From Candidatus Hermodarchaeota archaeon (lineage in GTDB: Archaea > Asgardarchaeota > Thorarchaeia > Thorarchaeales > Thorarchaeaceae), in assembly GCA_048885865.1 (NCBI GenBank), contig JBHLLF010000049.1, forward strand, positions 1 to 18,194: a stretch of DNA of 18,194 nucleotides. Reading direction: 5' to 3'. Below the pieces are notes generated by a model that made no database searches, was not told where the DNA came from, and saw only the letters and a list, made by a program, of their open reading frames with translations. The position numbers were made by a program, and so were the translations under genes. This document shows, piece by piece, positions 7,515 through 16,725 of this stretch. Each line of letters begins with the position of its first letter. The stretch's first letter is position 1.

Positions 7515-10500
7515 TCATTGAATGGTCTTTGGCAGATTCTCGATGAGATGGATATCTTCCACATCTTCCACAATCACAAAGTAGGTCGAAGATTTCACTT
7601 CTTCATTTGGCTTTAGGCCTGCTGTTTCATGAGTTATTATCCTCTGGGCATCTCGACCAATATTAAGTCCAAACAGGCTTGACACTGTTTTGCGTGTTGA
7701 AACCACCCCTAGAATTTCACCATTTCCTGTGTCCCCAAAAGCAACCCATCCAGCACGGGAGTCGGGAAACAATCTTGCACGGCTCTCAGTTGGCTCATAG
7801 ACAATTCGTTGTCCATTGGTGACACAATGCATTATGTTCTGCACTTTGCTACCCGGTCGAGCCGTACCACGTAGTCCGTAGTTGAATCGCTTCCATTGAC
7901 CCGACAAGTTTCTGGCGGTCAGTTCAACATGCATCAGTGGTACTCCAGGAATCGTCATGTAACGAGCTGAGAATACTATCCCCTTGAGGCCGGGGTTATG
8001 CTTCATCTCGGTGGTCAATTCATATCCTTTCCATGGACCAAGCTCTCTCTCAGATATTGTCCAGGATTCTTTCCAAAATGCGCTCTCCCAGTCCCAGACA
8101 TTCCATCCCTGTATCCAAGGGTTCAGCCCGCTGAAGTAGCGATCCCACCATATGAACGGGTCAGATTTTGGAAAGGTGTCGTGGAAGACACTTTGTCTTT
8201 CCCTACCAAACCTAACCAGGCAACCAGCATAGTCAGGAGACACCGCCATCTGCCAGCCATTCGAAAGAAGAGTGTGGAGTCGCAAGCTTTCAACCTCTTC
8301 CTGCTTGTTCTCTACTGTGGCATCTGAGTCATAGATAATCGCAGCAAATGGTATCCTCTTGATTCTACTTCCAAACCTTATCTCGATCTCTCCGTCCCGC
8401 CTAAACCATTCATCAAGACTCTCAGCTTTGATTTCGAATTTCCTCCTGAGAGGCTGGTCATGTCCCACACTGGTAGTTTCCAATTCCAACTCCCTCTTGC
8501 CATTAACCTGCACTCCTTTGGGCATTCTTACCTTGACATCAACATCAATTGGAGTTTCGTGAATCACATGCACGCTCAGATCAAAATCATTGGCCTTCGC
8601 GGCATCTAGAAGGAGCGAAGATCCGTCAAGACTATGCAGATCAGCACCTCCTGGGACAAGAGCCACTTCCAGATCAGAGTGGATTTCATTGGATTCCAGC
8701 GCATCAAAGGACTTTCCGTTTAATAGAGCCCAGAGTGCGCGAACGTCCTGCCAAATGCCATTCTTCATGATGAGGCGTAGGACATCTTTTTCGACTGACT
8801 CTCCCGGCTTAAGGTCCGGGAGTCTATATTCTACGCTTGGAAGCCCATCTGAACGTCTAGGTCTAATATCCTCTACCCCCTCAGAAGTGTATATGATTCC
8901 TCCAACCAATCCTTCAGCGGAATTGGTCATTGCTATCCAGTTTTCATGATACACGCTGGGCTTACGGGGAAGCTGACCGCCGCCTGTCCATTCGGGTGAG
9001 TCTAATATATGGATTCGACCCTTCAATGGAACGATTAGCTCAGGAAATTCAACTTGCATCCAGCCACCTATGCGAACCCCCAGATTCTCATATGTTTCAC
9101 TTCCAAGATTCTTCAATGACACACTTGTTTCAATGTATTCCCTACTAGGGTAGAGTCGATGAGAAATTCGATATCTCAAGCCTGGCCTGTCAGTGGAATC
9201 AGCCTCAAGGTCAATCTGTGAATAGTCATCTTTGTTTGTGATCTTGATGTCGAACTCCTTTCGGTCCCATTCTCCACCTTCAGTGGGAAATGGATAGCCT
9301 AGCTCAGGGAAAAGAAACCATCCAGTAGCGGCTCCTTGGGTAATCTTGTTCTCAATCTCTCTGAAGTACATGGGGGGCGTGCTGCTTATCGCTGCGCGCA
9401 GCTGTTCGTTCTCAATCACAATTCTGTTATTGATTGCTTCGTAGGCTATTGCCCCACCAGATCCAATTATCGGTATATTCACCCGCTTCTCATCAATCAA
9501 AGTCAGCTCAGAGTCATTGCTAACATATACGGATACTTTAATCTGTATAGCATCTGCCACAGTTCCGGAGTCTGCGGTAAGAGAGAGTGCATGCTCTGAT
9601 TGTTCGTAAGCCGCCAGCGAATACTCTATCTTCTCAACTCCTAGATTCTGTGATGTTGGTGCATTGAGTTCAATAACACCAGTGAGTGAGCTGTCTGTAT
9701 TGTTCTGATAGCCAAGAGCAACAAAACCTGACTCTCCTGGAGATAGACAGGGATATGTTGGCCCTATGCTCAGGCTTATTGCAGCCACCGGGACTAGTCC
9801 ACTATACAATTTGACTTGAGTTTCACCAAGGTCCAACGACCATTCTACCTGAGTCTTGACTTTCCTGTCCGGGTCGGTTTCTCGGTCAATGTGCTTGGCT
9901 TTATTTGAGATGGCATAGGTTCCAACTATGGATGCTTCTTCACCTGGAGCAAGCACTCCAGACAAATCATTAGCTGTCTTGACTGTGATGTTCTCTGATG
10001 GAGTGGAGATTATCTTGTAAGGGAGCTCTTTGTGGCGGCCATTGATGACTTTTAGTTCAAAAGGAGCCTTTCCAACCGCAATGAAGCCCGTATGAGTTTC
10101 CGGGACAACCTTGGCGGATATTGTTTGTCCATCAACAATCAGTGCGAAGCCACAGATGCCCTTTGCCTCTCTGTCAATGGTCACATCAAGGATGTCACCG
10201 TTCTCGCCCTCGAAGTGATACTTGAAGACTCCAATGCCCTCCTCGACAATCTCATCGGGTTCCTGCTTTATTGCAGGTTTGTAGGCATCATACCAATAAT
10301 GACGATCAAAGAAAGCTCGGAAGAGTGGGTTGCTAATTATTCCGGGAATGTGTGATTCCATCAGCACCCGTGTATTGGGAAACCAGTTGTATCCAACTCG
10401 TTTATAGAGAGGGACCGCCTTTAAGTTGCCAGCCCAAGTATGCAAATCAATGCGGCGAAGACCAGCCTTTGCGGCAGTTTCAGCTGCCTCAATCAGCATG

Positions 10501-10820
10501 GCTTTCCCATAGCCCTTTCCTTGGAATGCAGGATTCACTCCTAGTAGACCTACATATGCTGCCTCAAGATCTTGGGGATGCGGGGACACATCACAATGGC
10601 CAACAATCCTGTCACCGTCATATGCAACGATAACACGAATATCATCAGACTTCTTCTTGAAATCAAGAACCTCTTCGGCAGTGAAAGGATTTCCCTCATT
10701 GAAGCCCCCTGGCCAAGAATCGGAGTCGTTGAAGCTTGTGAGACACTCTGCCAGACGGGCAGCGTCCTCATTCGTCAACTCAAAGTCTCTGACCTTATTC
10801 TTGGTGTGTCTACTGGACAT
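7515..10820 (-). CDS. Large multidomain GNAT-family N-acetyltransferase (N-terminal GNAT plus ~900 aa of beta-rich domains)
   Basis: Acetyl-CoA motif A LLGVNPAFQGKGYGKAML and motif B LHTWAGNLKAVPLYKRVGY. GGAGGT SD before ATG 10820. The C-terminal region looks like Ig-like and beta-supersandwich domains. Confidence 0.85.
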   Translation of the reverse strand: MSSRHTKNKVRDFELTNEDAARLAECLTSFNDSDSWPGGFNEGNPFTAEEVLDFKKKSDDIRVIVAYDGDRIVGHCDVSPHPQDLEAAYVGLLGVNPAFQGKGYGKAMLIEAAETAAKAGLRRIDLHTWAGNLKAVPLYKRVGYNWFPNTRVLMESHIPGIISNPLFRAFFDRHYWYDAYKPAIKQEPDEIVEEGIGVFKYHFEGENGDILDVTIDREAKGICGFALIVDGQTISAKVVPETHTGFIAVGKAPFELKVINGRHKELPYKIISTPSENITVKTANDLSGVLAPGEEASIVGTYAISNKAKHIDRETDPDRKVKTQVEWSLDLGETQVKLYSGLVPVAAISLSIGPTYPCLSPGESGFVALGYQNNTDSSLTGVIELNAPTSQNLGVEKIEYSLAAYEQSEHALSLTADSGTVADAIQIKVSVYVSNDSELTLIDEKRVNIPIIGSGGAIAYEAINNRIVIENEQLRAAISSTPPMYFREIENKITQGAATGWFLFPELGYPFPTEGGEWDRKEFDIKITNKDDYSQIDLEADSTDRPGLRYRISHRLYPSREYIETSVSLKNLGSETYENLGVRIGGWMQVEFPELIVPLKGRIHILDSPEWTGGGQLPRKPSVYHENWIAMTNSAEGLVGGIIYTSEGVEDIRPRRSDGLPSVEYRLPDLKPGESVEKDVLRLIMKNGIWQDVRALWALLNGKSFDALESNEIHSDLEVALVPGGADLHSLDGSSLLLDAAKANDFDLSVHVIHETPIDVDVKVRMPKGVQVNGKRELELETTSVGHDQPLRRKFEIKAESLDEWFRRDGEIEIRFGSRIKRIPFAAIIYDSDATVENKQEEVESLRLHTLLSNGWQMAVSPDYAGCLVRFGRERQSVFHDTFPKSDPFIWWDRYFSGLNPWIQGWNVWDWESAFWKESWTISERELGPWKGYELTTEMKHNPGLKGIVFSARYMTIPGVPLMHVELTARNLSGQWKRFNYGLRGTARPGSKVQNIMHCVTNGQRIVYEPTESRARLFPDSRAGWVAFGDTGNGEILGVVSTRKTVSSLFGLNIGRDAQRIITHETAGLKPNEEVKSSTYFVIVEDVEDIHLIENLPKTIQ

Positions 10821-10914
10821 GCTTTGACCTCCAGAAGAAGAACAAGCCGTCCGCTGAGGAATCTAATATGAACTTTGTGACCCAAGCAGTTGAGATATGA
10901 TTGGTTTGTGAAAC

Positions 10915-11517
10915 CTAACCTTTGCGTAGACTGAGCCGTGCATAGAATGTTAGGTCATTCGCCTTGGTTTCTTCCAGCTCGAATCCATGTTCTGCAGCAA
11001 CAGTGACAAAGGAATCCATGTTCTGATTCCGAATGTAAGCACCATATCCAGTTTCGTTGGTTGTGCCATCCGGAAAGGTCACAGTCAGAGGGACCATGAA
11101 GTATTTGATCCTAGGGTCCAAGTCCGCAGGCATCTCAACCTTGACGTCCCACATCAGCAGTTCGCCACCTGGCTTGAGGACTCGCGCGATCTCGGAGAAT
11201 ATGGTGTCGAGGTCTTCTAGCGGCATATACATCAGTGTGAAGAAGATTGTAACTGTTCCAAAGGAGTTCTCCAAGAACTGCAGCTCTTTAGCATCCATAA
11301 CAAGCTTTAACGCATCACTCGTAGTTCCCTCTAACTCAGGCTTCCGCTTGTCAATGGCAACTACTTGACGTCCCCTTATTCTGCCAATGATGCCTTCTCC
11401 GCCGCCTCCAATGTCAAGAATCCATTCCTCACCAGGGGGAAAATCCGAAAGACTAACTTTCTGGTGTGGTAGCTGATAGACCTCCGACATGTCAATATCG
11501 TCATGATGGTCGGACAT
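10915..11517 (-). CDS. Class I SAM-dependent methyltransferase (Methyltransf_11/25-like)
   Basis: Motif I ILDIGGGGEG, VVAIDK, MDAKELQFLENSFGTV and EIARVLKPGGELLMWD. Confidence 0.9.
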   Translation of the reverse strand: MSDHHDDIDMSEVYQLPHQKVSLSDFPPGEEWILDIGGGGEGIIGRIRGRQVVAIDKRKPELEGTTSDALKLVMDAKELQFLENSFGTVTIFFTLMYMPLEDLDTIFSEIARVLKPGGELLMWDVKVEMPADLDPRIKYFMVPLTVTFPDGTTNETGYGAYIRNQNMDSFVTVAAEHGFELEETKANDLTFYARLSLRKG

Positions 11518-11612
11518 TACAAGCCTCTACAACTGTAATCTCTTAAAAGGTATTTTGCATTTTCTTTGTTGGATTCAAGAACTCAAATAATGACGATTGG
11601 GGAGAAGCGCTA
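11518..11612. promoter_or_regulatory. AT-rich divergent promoter region
   Basis: TTTTAAG on the minus strand (11548-11542), about 25 nt before ATG 11517. GGGGAG SD before GTG 11613. Confidence 0.4.
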
Positions 11613-12092
11613 GTGATACGAAAGTGCGAATCAACAGATTTCCAAAGAATCTTTGAAATCATCAATGATGCCGCCAAGGCATACAGGGGAGTGATTCCTG
11701 AAGACCGTTGGCAAGAACCGTATATGTCAGCGTCTTATTTGCAGCATGAGATTGATTCAGGAGTGGCCTTCTGGGGGTATGATGATGGAACAGGACTATG
11801 TGGAGTAATGGGCATTCAGGATAAAGGAGATGTCCATCTTATACGCCATGCATATGTCCAGACACGAGATCGCCAAAAGGGGATTGGAACCATGATGCTC
11901 AAGAAACTTGAGGCTGGAATTACTACTCCTATCCTCGTCGGCACTTGGATGGCTGCTACTTGGGCGATATCATTCTATGAAAAGAATGGCTATACCTTAT
12001 TGGAGAAATCACAAGGAGATGAGTTGCTTCTGAAATATTGGGATATACCTGAACGTCAACTTGAAACTTCAGTTGTACTCAGAAAGCAATGA
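11613..12092 (+). CDS. GNAT family N-acetyltransferase
   Basis: HAYVQTRDRQKGIGTMML (motif A) and AISFYEKNGY (motif B). GTG start with GGGGAG SD. Confidence 0.9.
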   Translation: MIRKCESTDFQRIFEIINDAAKAYRGVIPEDRWQEPYMSASYLQHEIDSGVAFWGYDDGTGLCGVMGIQDKGDVHLIRHAYVQTRDRQKGIGTMMLKKLEAGITTPILVGTWMAATWAISFYEKNGYTLLEKSQGDELLLKYWDIPERQLETSVVLRKQ

Positions 12093-12119
12093 TTCATTCC
12101 ACGGTTCTTCATCTGATTG

Positions 12120-12154
12120 AAAAAAGAAAGAGGGGGAGGAGGAATTGCCTCCTC
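12120..12154 (-). terminator. Hairpin plus T-rich tract terminating the minus-strand operon
   Basis: Perfect 7-bp inverted repeat GAGGAGG(12136-12142)/CCTCCTC(12148-12154). On the minus strand it is followed by CCCCTCTTTCTTTTTT and begins 14 nt after the stop of the last operon gene. Confidence 0.7.
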
Positions 12155-12168
12155 AAGAAGACCAGATT

Positions 12169-12933
12169 TCAGTTGATATGGGCATCAACTGTTCCAGTAC
12201 CAGTTTCGATAATAACGGTCACTGTCTGGCTGGCTGAATCATAGTCGGTGGATTCAAAGTGCCTCGAGGTTATCTCAGTCCATCCAGGGGCATCGATTTC
12301 TACTGATCCAGTCCCAACAGAAGCTTCGATGCTTCCTCCAATTCCAGTGGGGAGTACGATATTCAGATCAATCGTCCCAGTAGTGGTTTCAAAGTTGAAG
12401 TCTGGACTTCCTAGGACATCAACGCCATTACCCATGAAAAAGTCAATGGTTCCGGTGCCAGTTGTAATTGTAACATCGCCGATATTAGCACCCAATGTGA
12501 CATCACAGTCAACATTGCCTGTATCAGTTGTAACGTCCAGCGTATAATTGACACCACTCCCCAACGTGACATTGACAGCTGATGTCGTATAGTCAAAGGT
12601 TATTGTGTTGGCGAAGAAGGTGACTGTGGGAGCGCCAATCTCTTGGACAGTTCGGTTACTCACTCCAACATCAATCCTATACAATAGCGTGGCATTGTCT
12701 TCGAAGTCTATGTTGACACTACCAGTCGTGAGATCAACATCAAGAGTGACAGTTCCGGTGGCGCCGTCTACAGTATCATCAAAGTGATAATAGACGGTAT
12801 CATTTCCAAAGAACCAGCCCCAAGTTGTAGGACCGAAGTACGAGAAGGCCCCTACAAGGACCGCACCAACTATCAATACACCAAATATACACACTACCAT
12901 TCCAGTATTTCTTTCGTAACTAGTCATTTCCAT
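12169..12933 (-). CDS. Membrane-anchored DUF4097/toast-rack-like beta-repeat protein
   Basis: N-terminal TM helix. Repeated [TV]-x-T-G-[STN]-[VI]-x-[IC] strands (LTTGSVNI, TDTGNVDC, TGTGTIDF, TTTGTIDL, VGTGSVEI, TGTGTVDA). Five N-x-T sequons. Start overlaps the 3' end of the HTH gene (alternative start 12927). Confidence 0.8.
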   Translation of the reverse strand: MEMTSYERNTGMVVCIFGVLIVGAVLVGAFSYFGPTTWGWFFGNDTVYYHFDDTVDGATGTVTLDVDLTTGSVNIDFEDNATLLYRIDVGVSNRTVQEIGAPTVTFFANTITFDYTTSAVNVTLGSGVNYTLDVTTDTGNVDCDVTLGANIGDVTITTGTGTIDFFMGNGVDVLGSPDFNFETTTGTIDLNIVLPTGIGGSIEASVGTGSVEIDAPGWTEITSRHFESTDYDSASQTVTVIIETGTGTVDAHIN

Positions 12934-13564
12934 TACCTACTTTGCGATGCGATCGGAGGAGACGGTGCCACTCTTCTCGCAGCTTTTGATATTCCGAATC
13001 TTCTTCCAGAGAAAAGCGACGCATGATTCGGGACGCGTCGCCTCTAACGGAAGCGGGGAGCTTGCGATACCCCTTCTCATCTGCAATTGGCAGTTGGGAA
13101 TTCACAGCATTCTCCCGTTCAATCAACTTCCTCAAAATGTCCATAGCCTTCTCTTCCTGAGACTCTGGAATCTCTATGCCATAGACCGAGAGGCTTCTTA
13201 CAATGGACTCGAGTCTTTTCTTGGCAAACTGTGCAACTCCACCATTAGCTTCCATCATTCCGCTAATACCCAGACGGTATTCTTTGGCTGTTGCACGGTA
13301 ATACCTTTGAACAATACCTGTTGTCGTCATCTCCGTGCGTTCTTGAACAACAACGCCTATGTCCTGCAGCTTCTGTATGTGATGGAGAATTGTGCCAGGG
13401 TTCTTATCGAGTTCTTCCGAGAGCTGTTTGACAGTGTAAGAACCATTCACCAAGTATTGGAAGACAATGGCAGCTCTTGTTGGTTCGAAGAGAACCTTGA
13501 TCTTTTTGGTGTCGGTGATGACCTCTAAGTCCTTCACAGGAACTGTAGTTGATCCATTTTCCAC
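12920..13564 (-). CDS. Winged helix-turn-helix transcriptional regulator (ArsR/HTH_20-like) with C-terminal helical domain
   Basis: KVLFEPTRAAIVFQYL...YTVKQLSEELDKNPGTILHHIQKLQDIGVV...GIVQRYYRATAK. GTG start with GGAGGT SD embedded in the end of the upstream gene. Confidence 0.88.
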   Translation of the reverse strand: MENGSTTVPVKDLEVITDTKKIKVLFEPTRAAIVFQYLVNGSYTVKQLSEELDKNPGTILHHIQKLQDIGVVVQERTEMTTTGIVQRYYRATAKEYRLGISGMMEANGGVAQFAKKRLESIVRSLSVYGIEIPESQEEKAMDILRKLIERENAVNSQLPIADEKGYRKLPASVRGDASRIMRRFSLEEDSEYQKLREEWHRLLRSHRKVGNGND

Positions 13565-13567
13565 GAT

Positions 13568-14500
13568 TCATATACCTCCAACAAGACTGACATCCGGCTC
13601 ATTCTCACTTACATCAGAAATTTCAATGCCGCTTAGGATCATGTAGAGCCTACTAAGTGCAATTACTAGTGCGGGTAGTACAATGAGCACTAGTACGAAT
13701 ACAGCAATGACTGCATAGACTGCTGTCGCCATCATATCCAACCCAAAGCTGAGCTCCGCAAATGCAGCAACTCCAAGAACAAGGGGAGCGAACATGAATA
13801 GGATAATCAGGATGAACGCGATCCATGTCGAGTATACCCTATCGAAATATCGCAAGGACAATCTAATTGATTGACGAGTGGCATCAAAGACTGAGTGATT
13901 GTCAATGATTCCAGGAAATACCATGGTCATCATTCCTGATGACAGGACAATCCAAACTGTGCTCAGGGCTGCCATTATTGCAGACGGTATTCCTGTGAGT
14001 ATTATACCAGACAGGAAGAAACTCCCATACACAAGGATGAGGGGCAGTCCAATAATTCCAAACATGACAATACCTCCACCAGCAAGTGAGAAGAACTTCC
14101 TTCTATACCAGACAAACACTCCTTCGGCTGAAGTTCCTGCGCTCTCGACAATCTCTCGGCCCATTCCGAATACTACTCCAACGGCTACGAAAAAGGGACT
14201 AACTAAGAGAGTTATGGCGAGAATTCCAAGTGTTACAGCTGCAGGGTCAGGTGAAGTTGTAAATACTGCTTCCATTACAACACCAAGAGATTCGAAAAAG
14301 GCTACAAATCCAGCAGGTCCTCCTAATGCGAACAGAAGAGGAATTGATACTATCGCGAATCCGATGAGCAGTACTATCACGGTTACAATAAGAACCCCAA
14401 TCATCCCTAGAAGGAATGACAGTATGTTCTTCACGGCGAACTTGAAGCTCACCTTAAGATCCTCCTTCAATACCCCGAAGCTTGCATTTTTGTTGCTCAT
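13568..14500 (-). CDS. Polytopic membrane protein B (about 6 TM; DUF4013/DUF975/YciC-like architecture), paralog of 14574-15482
   Basis: Hydrophobic hairpins separated by amphipathic helices. Start reassigned to ATG 14500 because GGGTGA lies just upstream. Family assignment is from recall and was not searched. Confidence 0.8.
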   Translation of the reverse strand: MSNKNASFGVLKEDLKVSFKFAVKNILSFLLGMIGVLIVTVIVLLIGFAIVSIPLLFALGGPAGFVAFFESLGVVMEAVFTTSPDPAAVTLGILAITLLVSPFFVAVGVVFGMGREIVESAGTSAEGVFVWYRRKFFSLAGGGIVMFGIIGLPLILVYGSFFLSGIILTGIPSAIMAALSTVWIVLSSGMMTMVFPGIIDNHSVFDATRQSIRLSLRYFDRVYSTWIAFILIILFMFAPLVLGVAAFAELSFGLDMMATAVYAVIAVFVLVLIVLPALVIALSRLYMILSGIEISDVSENEPDVSLVGGI

Positions 14501-14522
14501 TTTATCACCCAATAAAATTGTA

Positions 14523-14559
14523 GAGAGTGCCTCTTTGAAAAGTCATTCGAGGCACTCTC
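14523..14559 (-). promoter_or_regulatory. Intercistronic stem-loop between the two membrane protein genes
   Basis: Perfect 11-bp arms GAGAGTGCCTC (14523-14533) / GAGGCACTCTC (14549-14559) with a 15-nt interior. Followed on the minus strand by TACAATTTTATT. Confidence 0.7.
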
Positions 14560-14573
14560 AGATCAGAAACCTC

Positions 14574-15482
14574 CTATACAAAGGGGATGGGGAGAGGCTT
14601 CTGAGTTGCCACCTGACCACCGGTCATCTCGGCATAGACTTTCGTAAATGCGATGATAGTCATAGGCAGCAGGACCAAGAGCCAAAGGAAAGTCACTAGG
14701 ACTGTCCAGACCATGATAGTGATTGACACTGCATCAAACGTTACCAAACCCGAAAGGGGTACAGTAAGACCCCATATAATCATGGGACCATATGATGCAG
14801 CAAACAGTACAACTATGGCACTCAATAGACCATAGACATGGTCAAAGCGCTCACGTGCTAGGCGGAAGGACTCCTTGAAGGCTTCTTGGACACCCTTGCC
14901 ATAAGTAATGGCAGGGAACACCATCGAGCATAGACCCACTGTAAAGAAGACCCAGACGAATGTGGATACAGAGAGGAGAGTAGAATATGCAGCAGGTATG
15001 GTGTATCCATTAAGTATTGATACCGAGCCCCAGAGAATCATAGGAGGAATCACGATGATTATTGTCAGAACGGCGCTAGCACCTCCAAAGGTCAAGAACT
15101 TGTGCCTGAACCAAGAGAAGGCTCTCTCAGCCTTGGTTTCACCATGAGCGACTAGATCCTTGCTCATGCCGTATATTGAACCAACCACTGTAAGGAACAA
15201 GGCTATGAACGGAATAAGGAATAAAATCGCTACTCCACCCACTGCCCAGGGATTGCTCTCAGCCCAAGCCGCGAGGCCCAAACCAATTGCTTCCCATGCT
15301 GATGGATTGGTTCCGACCATCAATAACGCGGCAGCAGCTATCGGTACCATCACTAGACCCAAAAGAAGGGCAACAGCAATCAGCATTCCTAGATTGGCTA
15401 GAAAATAGCTGAGCATGTTTTCCCTTGCGAGCTTGAAGCTCGACTTGATGTCGTCAACAAGTGTGTTGAATGACGTAGACAT
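14574..15482 (-). CDS. Polytopic membrane protein A (about 6 TM), paralog of 13568-14500
   Basis: Aligns by eye over its full length with protein B (YGMSKDLVAHGETKAERAFSWFRHKF vs FGMGREIVESAGTSAEGVFVWYRRKF; SMVFPAI vs TMVFPGI; FDHVYG vs FDRVYS). Start reassigned to ATG 15482 (AGGTGA SD). Confidence 0.8.
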   Translation of the reverse strand: MSTSFNTLVDDIKSSFKLARENMLSYFLANLGMLIAVALLLGLVMVPIAAAALLMVGTNPSAWEAIGLGLAAWAESNPWAVGGVAILFLIPFIALFLTVVGSIYGMSKDLVAHGETKAERAFSWFRHKFLTFGGASAVLTIIIVIPPMILWGSVSILNGYTIPAAYSTLLSVSTFVWVFFTVGLCSMVFPAITYGKGVQEAFKESFRLARERFDHVYGLLSAIVVLFAASYGPMIIWGLTVPLSGLVTFDAVSITIMVWTVLVTFLWLLVLLPMTIIAFTKVYAEMTGGQVATQKPLPIPFV

Positions 15483-15499
15483 TGTTTTCACCTAATTTA

Positions 15500-16708
15500 T
15501 CAAACTTCCAAACTATCTGTCGCGTAAGCACCCACCGACTCTGCAATCTCTCGGACTTCATCAGGATGCCCAAAGAGCGCACAAGGAGTATCCTCGTTTG
15601 TGAGGAGGTGCTCGTTCTCACGAATAGCGGTAAACAACGGACTTGCCAGTCCATCCCTGAAAGATGCAGTGGAGAGGTTGTGCGTGGCTAGATTGGAAAC
15701 AGGACATGCGGTAAGATCGCCTGAAGGAGTGACGTGCGCAAATCCTCGGCCCGCAGATACACAGCCTCCGAAGTAGTCTTCATCTCCTGGAGAGTGAATG
15801 ACATAGAGGGAGTTCTCTCTGCGGTACTCAAGGACTTTAGATCGGAACTCGTCCCTCTCCACTGCTGTAAGCATCAGTTCAGACTTTTCGTTCATAGACT
15901 CGTGACCGATTCCGGTCAAGTTCTCATGCATCATCGGAATGTACTCAATGAACACTCCGACCAAGACACCTAGTTCCACATATCGGTCCAAGTTCTCTGG
16001 CGTCATCCAGTATTGGTAGTTCTTTCTGGTTATCGTGACTGAAATTCCTGAAGGAACTCCGATGGACCTCAGCTTTGCCAGGGTCTCCAATGCCTGCTTG
16101 TGCACTCCCTTGCCTCGCCGGGAATCGGTGAGCTCTTCACTACCCTCAACGCTGACAATAACAGCGATGTTCTTTGTCTTCTTTAGGCGTGCATAGTCAT
16201 TAACTGTAAGGGCAGTTCCGTTGGTGAGGATGATGAAGAATCGATCATCGAACTCCTCGCATAGTTGGACAAGTCCACGAAACAGGAAGGGCTCACCGCC
16301 GGCTACGATAAAGGAGAATACCCCAAGTTCACTTGCATCTGCAATGATGTTTCGCCACTGATTGTAGTTGAGAGCTGGCCTAGTCTGCGAACAGTCTGTG
16401 GGGCGTCTGCTCTCAAGCGTGCCTACTGCAGCGGCATAGCATCCAACACAGCTCAAGTTGCACTGTGAGGTGATGCTGAGAATTAAGAAGGGAGGGACTC
16501 TCAGTCCAGTTTTCAATGCCTCTCGGCGGAGCTTCTCAGTCTTCTTGTACGAGCGTGCAAGTCTGAGGCCAGCTCTGAGGTACCGTGGATGGCGTGCTAC
16601 CCACGGCATAAAGAGGCGCGTCATATTTGAGTCAAAACCATCAAGGACTCGATCCATGAGTCCCCTTGGTCGGATTTCAGTGGCGTGCTGTTTGAGAGTT
16701 GTTACCAT
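15500..16708 (-). CDS. Radical SAM protein with C-terminal SPASM/twitch-like extension
   Basis: CNLSCVGC (CxxxCxxC), GGEP, TNGT and SVEG motifs. C-terminal GGCVSAGRGFAHVTPSGDLTACP...PCALF. Confidence 0.93.
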   Translation of the reverse strand: MVTTLKQHATEIRPRGLMDRVLDGFDSNMTRLFMPWVARHPRYLRAGLRLARSYKKTEKLRREALKTGLRVPPFLILSITSQCNLSCVGCYAAAVGTLESRRPTDCSQTRPALNYNQWRNIIADASELGVFSFIVAGGEPFLFRGLVQLCEEFDDRFFIILTNGTALTVNDYARLKKTKNIAVIVSVEGSEELTDSRRGKGVHKQALETLAKLRSIGVPSGISVTITRKNYQYWMTPENLDRYVELGVLVGVFIEYIPMMHENLTGIGHESMNEKSELMLTAVERDEFRSKVLEYRRENSLYVIHSPGDEDYFGGCVSAGRGFAHVTPSGDLTACPVSNLATHNLSTASFRDGLASPLFTAIRENEHLLTNEDTPCALFGHPDEVREIAESVGAYATDSLEV

Positions 16709-16725
16709 TTCGCTTCACAACATCG

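Noticed and set aside
14523-14559. SECIS or K-turn interpretation of the hairpin
   Set aside because: No internal in-frame UGA in the upstream genes (the rSAM ends TGA TAA). The upper stem is not G/C-rich, the element is too short for a eukaryote-type SECIS, and tandem G-A pairs are lacking.
12947-14699. Long plus-strand ORFs 12947-13528 (193 aa) and 13899-14699 (266 aa)
   Set aside because: Antisense to well-supported genes, with the composition expected from reverse-complemented codons and no recognisable domains.
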